DNA of 64,000 nucleotides from Myxococcota bacterium (GTDB taxonomy: Bacteria; Myxococcota_A; UBA796; UBA2385). A program made the translations under genes and the position numbers. A model generated the notes under the pieces. It did no database searches, had not been told where the DNA came from, and saw only the letters and a program-made list of their open reading frames with translations. Below, one piece after another: positions 1 through 9,444 of the stretch; position 1 is the stretch's first letter, and each line of letters starts with the position of its first letter. The DNA is taken from assembly GCA_044344255.1 (NCBI GenBank), contig JBIJDH010000013.1, positions 96,001 through 160,000 on the forward strand. The letters are read 5' to 3'.

Positions 1-1555
1 CGCCGCGAAGCAGGAGCCGGACCGGCACCCCCGCGAGGGGCAGGCCGCGGGCGTCGAGCACCCGCGCGGCGAAGACGGGCCCCTCACCGCTTGTCCAATG
101 GCCGCTCAATCGAACACGGTCCGGCTCCCCGCTCCCGGCCGGCCGGTCCCAGGTCGCTCGGAGCCGGTCGGCGCCCTGGTGGATCGCCTCATCGCCCGCG
201 TAGGCCCCCTGAACAGACCCGTCGAGGGAGCCACGCTCCGGCGAATAGCCGATCTTGCCGAGATCGGCGGCGAGCCGGAGCCCGCTGGCCGGGAGGCGAT
301 CTCCGGCTCCGTTCTCGAGGTGAGCCTCGACCTGCGCGAGGGGGGCGTCCGCCGAGAGCTCCGTCGGGAAGGCGCGGAGGACGATGCGCGCGGGCACATC
401 CCGCGAGACCGGGATCCGTACGGAGCTGTGTGCGTCTGACCCCAGGGAGCAGTCCACCCGGATGTCGAAGATGGCGTCCTGCGCCGGCGCCCCGAAGCTC
501 ACCCGCCACTGCCCCACCCCATCCGGGCGCACGACGCCCTCCTCCCCGAGCGAGGTGCGGCAAGCGGGCGCCGACTCCCGCCACGGGCGACCATCGGGGC
601 GGGTCGCGCTCACGAACACGGTGGGGCGCTCTCCCACCCCCGGCCCGGCCTCGGACCCGACCGTCGCGAGCACGGGGTGCGCGTCGCCGCCGAGGGAGAG
701 GCTGCTGTGCTGCGTGTTGCCGCTCCCGTCGGTGACGAAGACCTCGGCGAGCACCTCGCCGGGGCGGACCTCCATATTGAGCGTGGCCACCCCGTCCGGC
801 CCCGCCACCACCGGCCCATAGCTGCGGCTGCCGATCTTCAGCGTCACCTCCGCTCCGGGGAGCGTCGAGACCGGCACGCGCGGGCGGCCCCGCAGGGACA
901 GCGCCACCCAGGCTGGCGTGTCTCGCGGGTGGCGGCGGTCTCGGAGCGCCAGGAGCGCCACGCGCGGGAAGGGATCGCCGCTGGGGACCCAGCTCAAGAG
1001 GGCGCCCGCCTCACCGTTCGGCCCAACCGTCTCCTGAACAGACTGGAGGGCACCCTCCGATGGCTCAATTTGGAGATCCTCCGGGCGCACGCCCCCGGGA
1101 GACAGCACGCGAAGCAGCCACGGCCGCCCCTGCCCGATCGGCACCTCCTCCACGACGTCCACGGTGAGCGGCGACCTTCGAGGCGGCGCGACCTCGAAGG
1201 TCTCGCTGCGGCGCCGATCGGACACGGCGACCTCGACCTGGAGCAGGCCGGGCTCGGAGGGCGCGCGGAGCTGAACGGACCACAGTCCAGGGGTCAGCTC
1301 AACCGGACCGCTCACCAGCTCGCCGGCGCCAAAACGCAGCACAGGGGGCACACCGCCGACCAGCCGGTCCAACTCGTGCACCATCACCTGGACGGTGGTG
1401 TCCTCTCCCGACCGCGGCGGCCCGCTGATCCAGACCAGGGTGGCCTCCGCGGCCCATCCCCGCGCGCTGAGGCCGACCATCCAGAGCGCGGCGAGCGCCA
1501 GGAGCCGCCCGAGCCGCGCCAAGCGAAGACGGTCGAGCCCGACCCTCCCGCTCAG
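1..1555 (-). CDS. Secreted beta-rich, probably multi-Ig-like protein; 3' end runs off the window edge
   Basis: Not in the ORF track because it has no stop inside the window. I translated the minus frame from 1555 to the edge with no stop: LSGRVGLDRLRLARLGRLLALAALWMVGLSARGWA-AEATLVW...YGPVVAGPDGVATL...ARVLDARGLPLAGVPVRL. The N-terminus is signal-peptide-like. The start is uncertain: CTG 1555 (overlapping the upstream TGA), TTG 1522 or ATG 1480. Confidence 0.75.
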   Translation of the reverse strand, partial: MSGRVGLDRLRLARLGRLLALAALWMVGLSARGWAAEATLVWISGPPRSGEDTTVQVMVHELDRLVGGVPPVLRFGAGELVSGPVELTPGLWSVQLRAPSEPGLLQVEVAVSDRRRSETFEVAPPRRSPLTVDVVEEVPIGQGRPWLLRVLSPGGVRPEDLQIEPSEGALQSVQETVGPNGEAGALLSWVPSGDPFPRVALLALRDRRHPRDTPAWVALSLRGRPRVPVSTLPGAEVTLKIGSRSYGPVVAGPDGVATLNMEVRPGEVLAEVFVTDGSGNTQHSSLSLGGDAHPVLATVGSEAGPGVGERPTVFVSATRPDGRPWRESAPACRTSLGEEGVVRPDGVGQWRVSFGAPAQDAIFDIRVDCSLGSDAHSSVRIPVSRDVPARIVLRAFPTELSADAPLAQVEAHLENGAGDRLPASGLRLAADLGKIGYSPERGSLDGSVQGAYAGDEAIHQGADRLRATWDRPAGSGEPDRVRLSGHWTSGEGPVFAARVLDARGLPLAGVPVRLLLRG

Positions 1556-2478
1556 GGGGCGCGGCCGCCCCACACGACCTCCGTGCTGACCGGCGGCAGG
1601 GGTAGCGGAGGGGGTGTCGAGGGTGGCGGTGGTGTCACCGGGGCTGGGCGCGTGGCCTGCGCCTCCCGCCCGAGGGGATCTCGAGCCTCCACCACGAGGG
1701 CCCCCTGCGCGGCGGCCTCGGGCAGCGTCACGACGAAGCGCCCCTCCGCGTCGGCGCGGGCCTCGACCTCCGCCCCTCCGCCACCGTGGACCACCAGCCG
1801 TGCGAAGGGCTCGGTGCGACCAGACATCGGCCTCGAAGGCCCACCCCCGGGCGCCCCCGCCAGCCCCTCCCCGGACGAGGAGGGCCAGGCGACATCCAGG
1901 AGCAGCCGCTCTGAGACGGCGCTCAACGCGGGCTTCTCGCCCGGCACGGAGACCGCGCGTTGGCCCGGCTGAATGCCCGTGAGCTCGCCCATCCCCTGGA
2001 GCTCCACCGCGCCGCGGGAGGCCGACACCGCGAAGGTGCCATCGGATTGGACGGCGGCGTCGAGGTCTCCGTCGGAGGTCAGCGCGGCGCGCCCGCGGCT
2101 GCTGATGCCCACGAGGGGCGCGCCCGGGCGGACGACCGCGTGCACCCGCCCCTCCTCGAGCTCGAGCCGCACGCCGCCATTACGAACCTCGAGAACCCGT
2201 ACCGTCGAGGCCGAGGACAGACGAAGCTCGGTGCGATCTCCGACGCTGAGCACGGCGTGCCCGTCGGCGCCGACCTTGAGGCGGTCACGATCTTCGAGCA
2301 CATCGCCGACGTTGGCGGTGCGAGGCATGCCGTCCCCGTCGTCCCGCTGGACCTGTCCAGAGGCCTCTCGCACCACGAGGCGGGGCGCGCCGTCGACCCC
2401 GAAGATGACACGGTAGCCCGCATAGCCGGAGATCAGCACCAACAGGGAGGCGAGGAGGACGAAGGTGGCCTGCCGCAA
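1552..2478 (-). CDS. FecR-domain membrane protein with C-terminal Ig-like domain
   Basis: N-terminal TM; FecR-like pattern (VGDVLEDRDRLKVGADGHAVL...TELRLSSAS...RLELEEGRV...AVSASRGAVEL); Ig-like tail GRTEP...ADAEGRFVVTL...VEARDPLGRE; TTG start directly abutting the upstream stop. Confidence 0.8.
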   Translation of the reverse strand: MRQATFVLLASLLVLISGYAGYRVIFGVDGAPRLVVREASGQVQRDDGDGMPRTANVGDVLEDRDRLKVGADGHAVLSVGDRTELRLSSASTVRVLEVRNGGVRLELEEGRVHAVVRPGAPLVGISSRGRAALTSDGDLDAAVQSDGTFAVSASRGAVELQGMGELTGIQPGQRAVSVPGEKPALSAVSERLLLDVAWPSSSGEGLAGAPGGGPSRPMSGRTEPFARLVVHGGGGAEVEARADAEGRFVVTLPEAAAQGALVVEARDPLGREAQATRPAPVTPPPPSTPPPLPLPPVSTEVVWGGRAP

Positions 2479-4371
2479 TCAGGCCTCCGGGAGACGGACC
2501 CGCCAGACGGCGGAGTGGACGATCTGACCGGCCTTGAGCTCGGGCTCGACGAGGCTGCCCCCCGCGTCGGCGAAGACCCGACTGGCGGCCCAGAAGCCGA
2601 GCCCCGCCGCCTTCCAGTCATCGCCGCCGATCTCGATGGGCTGCCCACTCACTCGCAGGATCACCGCCACGCAGGCGTCATCCCGCTCCGCGCGGATGTC
2701 GATCTGGGCGCCCTCGCCCACCGCCCCGCGGAGGCTGGTCAAGAGCTGCGCGAAGGCACGACCGAGCTCGGCCCGATCGCCGCGCGTGGCCAGTCCGCTC
2801 TCGCCTTCTACGTTCACCACGATCCCTCGCTGACGGAGCGCAGCTCCCATGAGGGAGCGCAAGTCGGCCAGCAGAAGGTCAAGGTCTACCACGTCGGGCT
2901 CGACCGGGTCCACCGAACTCGAGCTCATCTCTCGGGAGAAGCCGAGCAGATGTGACACAATCTGCTTACAACGCAGCGCTTGCTCCTCGATCGACCGCAG
3001 CAAGGCGGCGGCCGAACCCTCCCCAGCCCGCGCGATGAGCACCTGGGTGAGCCCGAGGATGCCGGCCACCGGGTTATTGAGCTCGTGCGCCAGGCCAGCC
3101 CCCATCTCGCCCACCGCCGCCAGCCGTGCGGACTGCACGAGCCGCCCCTGCGCCGCTTGGAGCTCCCGGGTGGCTTCATCCACCCTCCGCTGCAAGACCT
3201 GACTGAACGCATGAATTTCGGCGTTCTTTCTCTTGAGCTCGTCCGCGTTCTGCGCGAGGCCGAGGCTCATTCGATTGAAGGCCCGCCCCAGCTCGGCGAC
3301 CTCGCCCTCCCCGTCGTTGGGGACGGTGCGCCCAAGCTCTCCGTCGGCCACCGCGAGCGCCGCCGCGGTCAGCTCCACCATCGGCCGCGCCAGCGAGCGC
3401 GCGAAGAGGACTCCGAGCACCATCGACAGAACGACGGAGACTCCAAGCACGTAGGCGACCCGCGCCCAGATGTCCTGGACAGGGGCGGTGGCGGTCGCGA
3501 CGGGCTCGGCCACAACGACGGTCCAGCCCACCATCGGCACCGGCGAGCAGGCCGCGATGATCTCGACGGCACCACTCCCATCCGGCTCGGGCACCTCGTA
3601 GCGCACCGCCTCCGCGGCCGTCTGGCCGAGGAAGGGCAAGAAGGCCCTCGCGTCGACCCAGCCCTGGTCGCCGCCGAGGACGAGGGCGCCCGCTTCGTCG
3701 AGAACGGCGACCTGGACCCCCTCCTCTGCTTGTGCGAGGAGCCGGTCCTCGACGACGGCGAGCGAGAGCTCCACCCCCAGGACCCGGTCGCTGCCCGGGA
3801 CGGCGAAGGCCACCGGGAGCACCGGCGCCTGTCCCTCAGCGGGGCGATAGGACGGCCCCAGGGAAGGCCCACGGCTGGGCTCGACCCCCGACCTGCCTGA
3901 GGCCACCGAAGAACCGGAGACCGGGCCCAGGCCGGCGATGGGCAGGGCGAGGCGAAACCGCCGGAAGCGCGCCTCATCCACCACCGCCCTGCCGGCCAGG
4001 CCCCGCTCCGACGAGGTCGGCGGCCGGACGAGGTATGCGCTCGGGACGACGTCAATGCCCTGCCGGTTGGTGAGCGAGACGATGCCCGCGCCGCCGGTCT
4101 GTTGGTAGACGAGCCGCGGGAAGCTGGTGAGGCTCTCACCGTCCAGGCCCGCGACGTCAAAGGTCTGGAGCTGGCGTTCGAGCTGCACGAACTGGAGCTC
4201 GACCCAGGTGTCGACCTCGGTGGCGAGGCTCCGGGCCGTCACCGCCTGCATCTCCGAGACCTGTCCGAGCAGGATGTCGCTGGAGATCCGCACCGCGCCG
4301 AAGCCCAACAACACGAGGGGCAAGAGCGAGGCCCCCGCGATGTTGAGCACCAGCCGGGTGCGGAGGCGCAC
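2479..4371 (-). CDS. Membrane sensor histidine kinase-like protein (Cache-like, HAMP, HisKA) with degenerate ATPase domain
   Basis: Two TMs flanking an extracytoplasmic domain; HAMP (LARPMVEL...GEVAELGRAFNRM); H-box AHELNNP; the C-terminal domain lacks the N, G1 and F boxes. Confidence 0.85.
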   Translation of the reverse strand: MRLRTRLVLNIAGASLLPLVLLGFGAVRISSDILLGQVSEMQAVTARSLATEVDTWVELQFVQLERQLQTFDVAGLDGESLTSFPRLVYQQTGGAGIVSLTNRQGIDVVPSAYLVRPPTSSERGLAGRAVVDEARFRRFRLALPIAGLGPVSGSSVASGRSGVEPSRGPSLGPSYRPAEGQAPVLPVAFAVPGSDRVLGVELSLAVVEDRLLAQAEEGVQVAVLDEAGALVLGGDQGWVDARAFLPFLGQTAAEAVRYEVPEPDGSGAVEIIAACSPVPMVGWTVVVAEPVATATAPVQDIWARVAYVLGVSVVLSMVLGVLFARSLARPMVELTAAALAVADGELGRTVPNDGEGEVAELGRAFNRMSLGLAQNADELKRKNAEIHAFSQVLQRRVDEATRELQAAQGRLVQSARLAAVGEMGAGLAHELNNPVAGILGLTQVLIARAGEGSAAALLRSIEEQALRCKQIVSHLLGFSREMSSSSVDPVEPDVVDLDLLLADLRSLMGAALRQRGIVVNVEGESGLATRGDRAELGRAFAQLLTSLRGAVGEGAQIDIRAERDDACVAVILRVSGQPIEIGGDDWKAAGLGFWAASRVFADAGGSLVEPELKAGQIVHSAVWRVRLPEA

Positions 4372-4374
4372 CGA

Positions 4375-5664
4375 TCAGCCGGGGAGTCGGAGGAGGAAGG
4401 TGGTCCCCTGCCCCACCACGCTCTCCACCTGGATCGTGCCCCGATATTTGGTGACGATTCGGTACACCACGTTGAGGCCGAGCCCGGTGCCCTTCCCCGG
4501 CGCCTTCGTCGTGAAGAAAGGGTCAAAGACGACGCCCAGCCGGTCCGCGGGGATCCCCACGCCGTTGTCCGACACCCGCGCCCAGACCCAGCCTTCGACA
4601 CGGCCGGCGGTGACCCGCACCTCCCCCGCCCCGCTGGCGCCAAAGCGCTCGAGGACCGCCTCCGCGCCGTTCTTGATGAGGTTGACGAAGACCTGCTGGA
4701 TCTCCGTGCTCCTCGCCGCGAGCATCAGCCCGAGGGGGAGCTCCATGACAAAGGAGACCCCACCCACGGCGGCCGAACGCTCGACGAGGCGGAGCGCGTC
4801 GTCGACGACCCGCGCGAGCTCGACCGAGCCGTGGACCTCGGTGGTGGCGGCCCGGGAGTAGCTCGTGAGCTCCACCACGATGTCGCGGATCGTCCGACAG
4901 TAATCGACGATGTCTCGCGCGTGGACCTGCGCCACCTCGATGTCTTCCTCCTCGGCGATGGCCTCGGCGAGTCCCATCACACCAAAGAGGGGGCTCGAGA
5001 CCTCATGCGCGACGCCGGCGGCGAGGGTGCCGATTCCCGCGAGCTTCTCGGACTGGATGAGCTCGGCGCGGAGCTCCGTGGCCTCGGCGAGCGCGACCTC
5101 GAGCTCGGCGTTCTTCCGCTGGAGGTGCTCGAGCAGGCGGTGGTTCTCGATCGCCATCGTCTGCTTCTCGACGGCCCGCCTCACCTTCTTTCGGATGTCG
5201 AACACGTTGTCGAGGGGCTTGAGCACGTAGTCGAAGGCGCCCAGCTCCAGCGCCTTGATGGCGGTCTCCAAGGAACCGTAGCCGGTGATGATGATCACTT
5301 CGGCGAAGCGGTTGCGGGTTCGGGCCGCGCGGAGGAGGTCAAGCCCGCTGATGTCGGGGAGGTTCTTGTCCGAGATCAGCAGGTCACAGCCCTGCTCTTC
5401 AATGATGCGGAGGGCGTCTCGGCCGGTCGCGGCAGTGGTGATCCGGTACGGCTCGTCCTCGAAGACGGCCCGCAAGATCTGAATGATCACCAGCTCATCA
5501 TCCACGATCAGCAGATGCCGGGGAGGCCCTGGGGGGATCTCTCCGCCCGCGCTCCCCAGCGCGTCGACTCCGCCACCCCGGATCGAGGCGCTCTTGGCCT
5601 CAATCAAGGGTTTCTCGACAGATCTCCCTGTGGATGATCCGCGAATGATGTCCTGGGCGGCCAT
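4375..5664 (-). CDS. Hybrid receiver-histidine kinase (REC-HisKA-HATPase)
   Basis: REC motifs LLIVDDE, LLISDKNLPDISG, IIITGYG, YVLKP; H-box AHEVSSP; N box VFVNLIKNG; G1 DNGVGI; F box FDPFFTTK; G2 GKGTGLGL. Start moved to ATG 5664 because the track ORF extension overlaps the opposite-strand gene. Confidence 0.9.
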   Translation of the reverse strand: MAAQDIIRGSSTGRSVEKPLIEAKSASIRGGGVDALGSAGGEIPPGPPRHLLIVDDELVIIQILRAVFEDEPYRITTAATGRDALRIIEEQGCDLLISDKNLPDISGLDLLRAARTRNRFAEVIIITGYGSLETAIKALELGAFDYVLKPLDNVFDIRKKVRRAVEKQTMAIENHRLLEHLQRKNAELEVALAEATELRAELIQSEKLAGIGTLAAGVAHEVSSPLFGVMGLAEAIAEEEDIEVAQVHARDIVDYCRTIRDIVVELTSYSRAATTEVHGSVELARVVDDALRLVERSAAVGGVSFVMELPLGLMLAARSTEIQQVFVNLIKNGAEAVLERFGASGAGEVRVTAGRVEGWVWARVSDNGVGIPADRLGVVFDPFFTTKAPGKGTGLGLNVVYRIVTKYRGTIQVESVVGQGTTFLLRLPG

Positions 5665-5880
5665 GATCGGTCCCGTGCGAGAGGCGAACCCTACCACGAT
5701 TGCGGCGAGCGGCCGGGTGCGACCTGCCGTGGTGAGCGTTCGGGCCCCTCCCCCCTCGGCGGCTTCAAGGTTAGCATGTTCCTTCCGCTCGTCCCCGTCC
5801 ACCCCATCGGCGCCGCCGGCGGCGGCAGGTCCTCGGCAGCGGTCTTGTCTCCCCCGTGGTTTGCCCTGTTGGAGTCGTCG

Positions 5881-6471
5881 ATGCGCCGATTCGCCCCCTC
5901 CGGGTCCTTGTCCCTCCTCGCGCTCCTCCCGATGACGGCGGCCCTCGTCGCATGCCCACCCAAGGCCGCTGAGACCTCGGCGGTCAGCGGCGCCGGGCGC
6001 ATCAACGAAGGCGCCGGCGCCGACGGGCTCATCGAGCAGTCGGTCGATATCAACGGCGACGGCAAGCCGGACGTGCGCAACTACTACCGCGACCGGGTCG
6101 ACGGCCCCCGGCTGCTCGTACGTCGCACCTCCGACCTCAACTGGGACGGCAAGAACGACGTCTCCTCCTGGTTCAACGAGCAGACGGGCCAGCTCGAGAA
6201 GGAGGAGATGGACGCGGACTTTGACGGCCGGGTGGACTGGGTCGACCACTACCAAGGCGGCAAGCGCGCGCTCTCAGAGGTCGACGACGACAACGACGGC
6301 CGCTTCGATCTCTACAAGATCTTCGAGAATGGAAAGGTCCGCAGGAAGGAGCGGGACACGAACGGAGACGGCCGCATCGACCTCTGGGAGTACATGGACG
6401 AGAAGGGTGCGGTCATCAAGGTCGGCCGGGACACCGACAACGACGGTGTCATGGACGTCCGCCAGGACTGA
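5881..6471 (+). CDS. Lipoprotein with six DxDxDG-type (putative Ca-binding) repeats
   Basis: Signal peptide with lipobox-like ALVAC; repeats DINGDGKPD, DLNWDGKND, DADFDGRVD, DDDNDGRFD, DTNGDGRID, DTDNDGVMD at about 22-25 aa spacing. Start at ATG 5881 preferred. Confidence 0.8.
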   Translation: MRRFAPSGSLSLLALLPMTAALVACPPKAAETSAVSGAGRINEGAGADGLIEQSVDINGDGKPDVRNYYRDRVDGPRLLVRRTSDLNWDGKNDVSSWFNEQTGQLEKEEMDADFDGRVDWVDHYQGGKRALSEVDDDNDGRFDLYKIFENGKVRRKERDTNGDGRIDLWEYMDEKGAVIKVGRDTDNDGVMDVRQD

Positions 6472-6519
6472 GCGCCCCCGCTCTACCGCCCGCCGGGTCG
6501 CGGCCCCGATCGGCCGCGC

Positions 6520-7431
6520 TCAGGTCGGTCGAAAGGAGCGTACGAGATCGGCGGTGCTCTGGTCGAGCGAGATCCGCGGCGCCCAGCCGAGCGCCCGGGC
6601 CCGCCCAGGGTCCCCCCGGATCTCGGGAGGGTCATCCGCCCGAAAGCGGCTCGGGTCCTCGAAGACCTCGGGCATCTCTCCGCCGGCCATCTGGCGAATG
6701 AGCTCACGCAAGGTGGGGGCTTCACCCCGGCAGAGGTTGAGCACCGCCCCAGCGGGCGCGACCTCGGCGAAGCGCACGTAGCCGGCAGCGACGTCGCGCA
6801 CATCGGTGTAGTCGCGGCGAAGCGAGAGGTCACCGGTGGTGATCGGACGGGTGCCCTCCGCGATCGCGGCCGCCCACCCCCCGAGGGCGTACTTCCGCGC
6901 CTGTCCGGGGCCGACGTGGTGAAAGGCCCGCACGACGACGCGGTCTGGGTGCGCCTCCGACGCGCGCTCCGACCCGAGCTTGGTCTCGGCGTAGACGCCG
7001 ACCGGCCGGAGGGGATGCGTCTCCGGGATCGGCGTCTCCAGCGGAGCGCCGTACACATGGCAAGTGCTGGCGAGCACGAGCCGCCCCGCGCCGCCCATCG
7101 CGGCCACGAGGTTGCGGGTCCCTTGGACGTTGATGGCCTCCGCGAGAGCGGGATCGGCCGCACAAGCCCGGGGATCGGTGAGGGCCGCGAGGTGGAAGAC
7201 CACGTCGGGGCGAGCCGAGGCGAGGGCCCGCTCCACCGCGCGCGGGTCCCGGAGCTCCACCGCCTCCAGCGACAGGCCCACCGGCGCCGGCCCGCCGCGC
7301 GACCAGCCCCGCACCGTCCACCCCGCCGCCCGGAGCGCCTCGCACAGCCAGCGCCCCGCGAAGCCCGCGGCGCCCGTCACCAGCGCGCTCTTCGTGTCTC
7401 CCTTCGTGTCTCCCTTCGTGTCTCCCTTCAC
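6520..7431 (-). CDS. rmd: NAD(P)-dependent epimerase/reductase, Rmd-like (GDP-4-keto-6-deoxy-D-mannose reductase)
   Basis: LVTGAAGFAG, HLAA, YAETK, RAFHHVGPGQ, GDLSLRRDYTDVRDV; GTGA overlap with gmd. Confidence 0.7.
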   Translation of the reverse strand: MKGDTKGDTKGDTKSALVTGAAGFAGRWLCEALRAAGWTVRGWSRGGPAPVGLSLEAVELRDPRAVERALASARPDVVFHLAALTDPRACAADPALAEAINVQGTRNLVAAMGGAGRLVLASTCHVYGAPLETPIPETHPLRPVGVYAETKLGSERASEAHPDRVVVRAFHHVGPGQARKYALGGWAAAIAEGTRPITTGDLSLRRDYTDVRDVAAGYVRFAEVAPAGAVLNLCRGEAPTLRELIRQMAGGEMPEVFEDPSRFRADDPPEIRGDPGRARALGWAPRISLDQSTADLVRSFRPT

Positions 7432-7437
7432 GTCTCC
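7390..7437. repeat. 12-bp tandem repeat (CTTCGTGTCTCC x3 plus one variant) at the gmd/rmd junction
   Basis: Read directly; encodes KGDT repeats at the Rmd N-terminus. Confidence 0.95.
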
Positions 7438-8408
7438 TCCCCAAGGGCCCCGCGGGACAGCCGATCGACCTCAAAGCGGACCATGCGCTCGACCAGCCCG
7501 TCGAAGGACAAGGTCGGGCGCCAGCCCAGGCGCTCCCGAGCCTGACGAGCGTCACCTTCCAGCGCCGGCACCTCCGCCGGGCGTATCAGGGCCGGGTCAT
7601 GCTCCACATGGGCCTCGTAGCGGAGGCCGACCGCGTCGAAGGCGCGCTCCACGAAGTCCCGCACAGACCACGACTGGCCGGTGGCGATGACCAGATCCGT
7701 CGGCTGCTCTTGCTCCAACATCAGGCGCATCGCCGCGGTGTAATCCGCTGCGAAGCCCCAGTCTCGCCGAACATCCAGAGAGCCGAGGCGGAGGGGCAAG
7801 GGCGAGCCGGCGCGGATCCGCGCCGCTGCTCGGCAGATCTTGCGGGTCACGAATTCGGCCCCCCGCCGCTCAGACTCGTGGTTGAACAAGATGCCGCCGA
7901 CCGCGAACAGCCCGTAGCTCTCGCGGTAGTTGACCGTGAGCAGGTGGGCGTAGACCTTGGCCACCCCGTAGGGTGAGCGCGGGTGAAAGGGGCTGTCCTC
8001 CCGCTGCGGAGAGCGAGGGGACAGGCCGAACATCTCCGAGCTGCCGGCCTGATAGAAGCGGGCCTCCGGGGCGGCGATGCGGACCGCCTCCAACATTCGC
8101 GCGCAGCCGAGCGCCGTGATCTCGCCGGTGAGCAGGGGCTGCTCCCAAGAGGTGGGGACGAAGCTCTGGGCCGCGAGATTGTAGACGTGATCGGGCCGAA
8201 CACGACGGACGGCGGCGATCAGGCTGGAGAGATCGAGCAGGTCGCCGCCCACGAGCTCAAGGGCCCCCTCCAGGTGCCGGATGCGCCAGCGGTTCGGGCT
8301 CGCGCTCTGGCGGCAGAGGCCCACCACCCGCCACCCGTCGGCGAGGAGCTGCTCCGCGAGGAAGCTCCCGTCCTGGCCGGTGATCCCCGTGATGAGCGCC
8401 GTCGGCAA
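7428..8408 (-). CDS. gmd: GDP-mannose 4,6-dehydratase
   Basis: ALITGITGQDGS, YNLAAQSFV, FYQAGSSEMFG, PRSPYGVAK, LFNHES, FVTRKI, RDWGFAADY. Confidence 0.97.
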   Translation of the reverse strand: MPTALITGITGQDGSFLAEQLLADGWRVVGLCRQSASPNRWRIRHLEGALELVGGDLLDLSSLIAAVRRVRPDHVYNLAAQSFVPTSWEQPLLTGEITALGCARMLEAVRIAAPEARFYQAGSSEMFGLSPRSPQREDSPFHPRSPYGVAKVYAHLLTVNYRESYGLFAVGGILFNHESERRGAEFVTRKICRAAARIRAGSPLPLRLGSLDVRRDWGFAADYTAAMRLMLEQEQPTDLVIATGQSWSVRDFVERAFDAVGLRYEAHVEHDPALIRPAEVPALEGDARQARERLGWRPTLSFDGLVERMVRFEVDRLSRGALGEET

Positions 8409-8410
8409 CC

Positions 8411-8887
8411 CTACTCGACCTCGAAGGCCACGGTGTCGAGCGGGATCTCACCATCTCCGACGTACCAGCTCAGCTCGTACTTGCCGGCGTCTGGGTCCTT
8501 GAGCGTGACCGTGGGCTCAAAGCAGGTCTCACAGGTGCCCGCGTCATCGGGGAGGGTCCAGTACTCCCGCACCGTGATCACGTCGCCGTCGGTGTCGACC
8601 TCGGGGGTGAACTCTCCATCGCAATTCTCGTAGACCGGGACATGGGAGACGCGCACGTAGTTGGCGTCGACCGCGACCTCGATCGCCTCCGCAGGTGGGC
8701 TGGCCGGATCGTAGTCGGTGCAGCCCTCGGCGGTCGAGCTCACACGCAGCTCCTGCGGGCCGCAGCCCAGGGCCAGCACCGCGAAGAGCGCCAGCCATCG
8801 CCCATCCTGAAGGCTCGACGCCGACCTCCCTCCCCACTCTGGGCGCACTCTTGCGGGCGATCCCGCGGGCATCTCAGGGCTGCGCAT
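8411..8887 (-). CDS. Small acidic lipoprotein, hypothetical
   Basis: Lipobox-like LALGC, four further Cys, beta-rich; fills the gap between trmL and gmd on the same strand; start uncertain. Confidence 0.7.
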   Translation of the reverse strand: MRSPEMPAGSPARVRPEWGGRSASSLQDGRWLALFAVLALGCGPQELRVSSTAEGCTDYDPASPPAEAIEVAVDANYVRVSHVPVYENCDGEFTPEVDTDGDVITVREYWTLPDDAGTCETCFEPTVTLKDPDAGKYELSWYVGDGEIPLDTVAFEVE

Positions 8888-8958
8888 TCGGACCTCTCGT
8901 TCGCCTGGAGCTCTCGTTCGCCTGAAGCATACGCCGCGCGACCGCGGAGGGGCCAGCC

Positions 8959-9444
8959 TCAGGCCCCTGGGACGGCGGGGGCGAAGAGCGCGGGCTCAAT
9001 CCGCATCAGGGCGGCGTAGGCCACGATGGCGACCGCGTTCGAGAGGTTGAGGCTGCGGGTGGGGCCTGGCATCGGGATCGTGAAGGCTCCCCGCGCCTCG
9101 ACCAGCGATCGAGGCAGGCCCACGGACTCCCTCCCAAAGACCAGCACGCTGCCGCGCTCGAAGGGGCAGGCGGTGAAGGGCGCCTCGCCGTGTGAGCTGA
9201 AGAGGTGGCTCGGCCGCTCTCCGACCCAAGCCCAGAAGGCCTCGAGGTCTCGGTGCTCCACCACGTCCACGTGCTTCCAGTAGTCGAGGCCGGCGCGCCG
9301 CACCGCCTTCTCGTCGGTCTGGAAGCCGAGGGGGTGAACGAGGTGAAGCCTCGCCCCGACGGCGAGGCAGAGCCGGCCCACGTTGCCGGTGTTCGGCGCG
9401 ATCTCGGGCTCGACGAGCGCGAGGTGCAAGCGGGGCTCGCTCAC
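8959..9444 (-). CDS. trmL: tRNA (cytidine/uridine(34)-2'-O)-methyltransferase
   Basis: EPEIAPNTGNVGRLC, RRAGLDYW, FGRESVGLP, RSLNLSNAVAI (SPOUT, TrmL signature). Confidence 0.95.
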   Translation of the reverse strand: MSEPRLHLALVEPEIAPNTGNVGRLCLAVGARLHLVHPLGFQTDEKAVRRAGLDYWKHVDVVEHRDLEAFWAWVGERPSHLFSSHGEAPFTACPFERGSVLVFGRESVGLPRSLVEARGAFTIPMPGPTRSLNLSNAVAIVAYAALMRIEPALFAPAVPGA

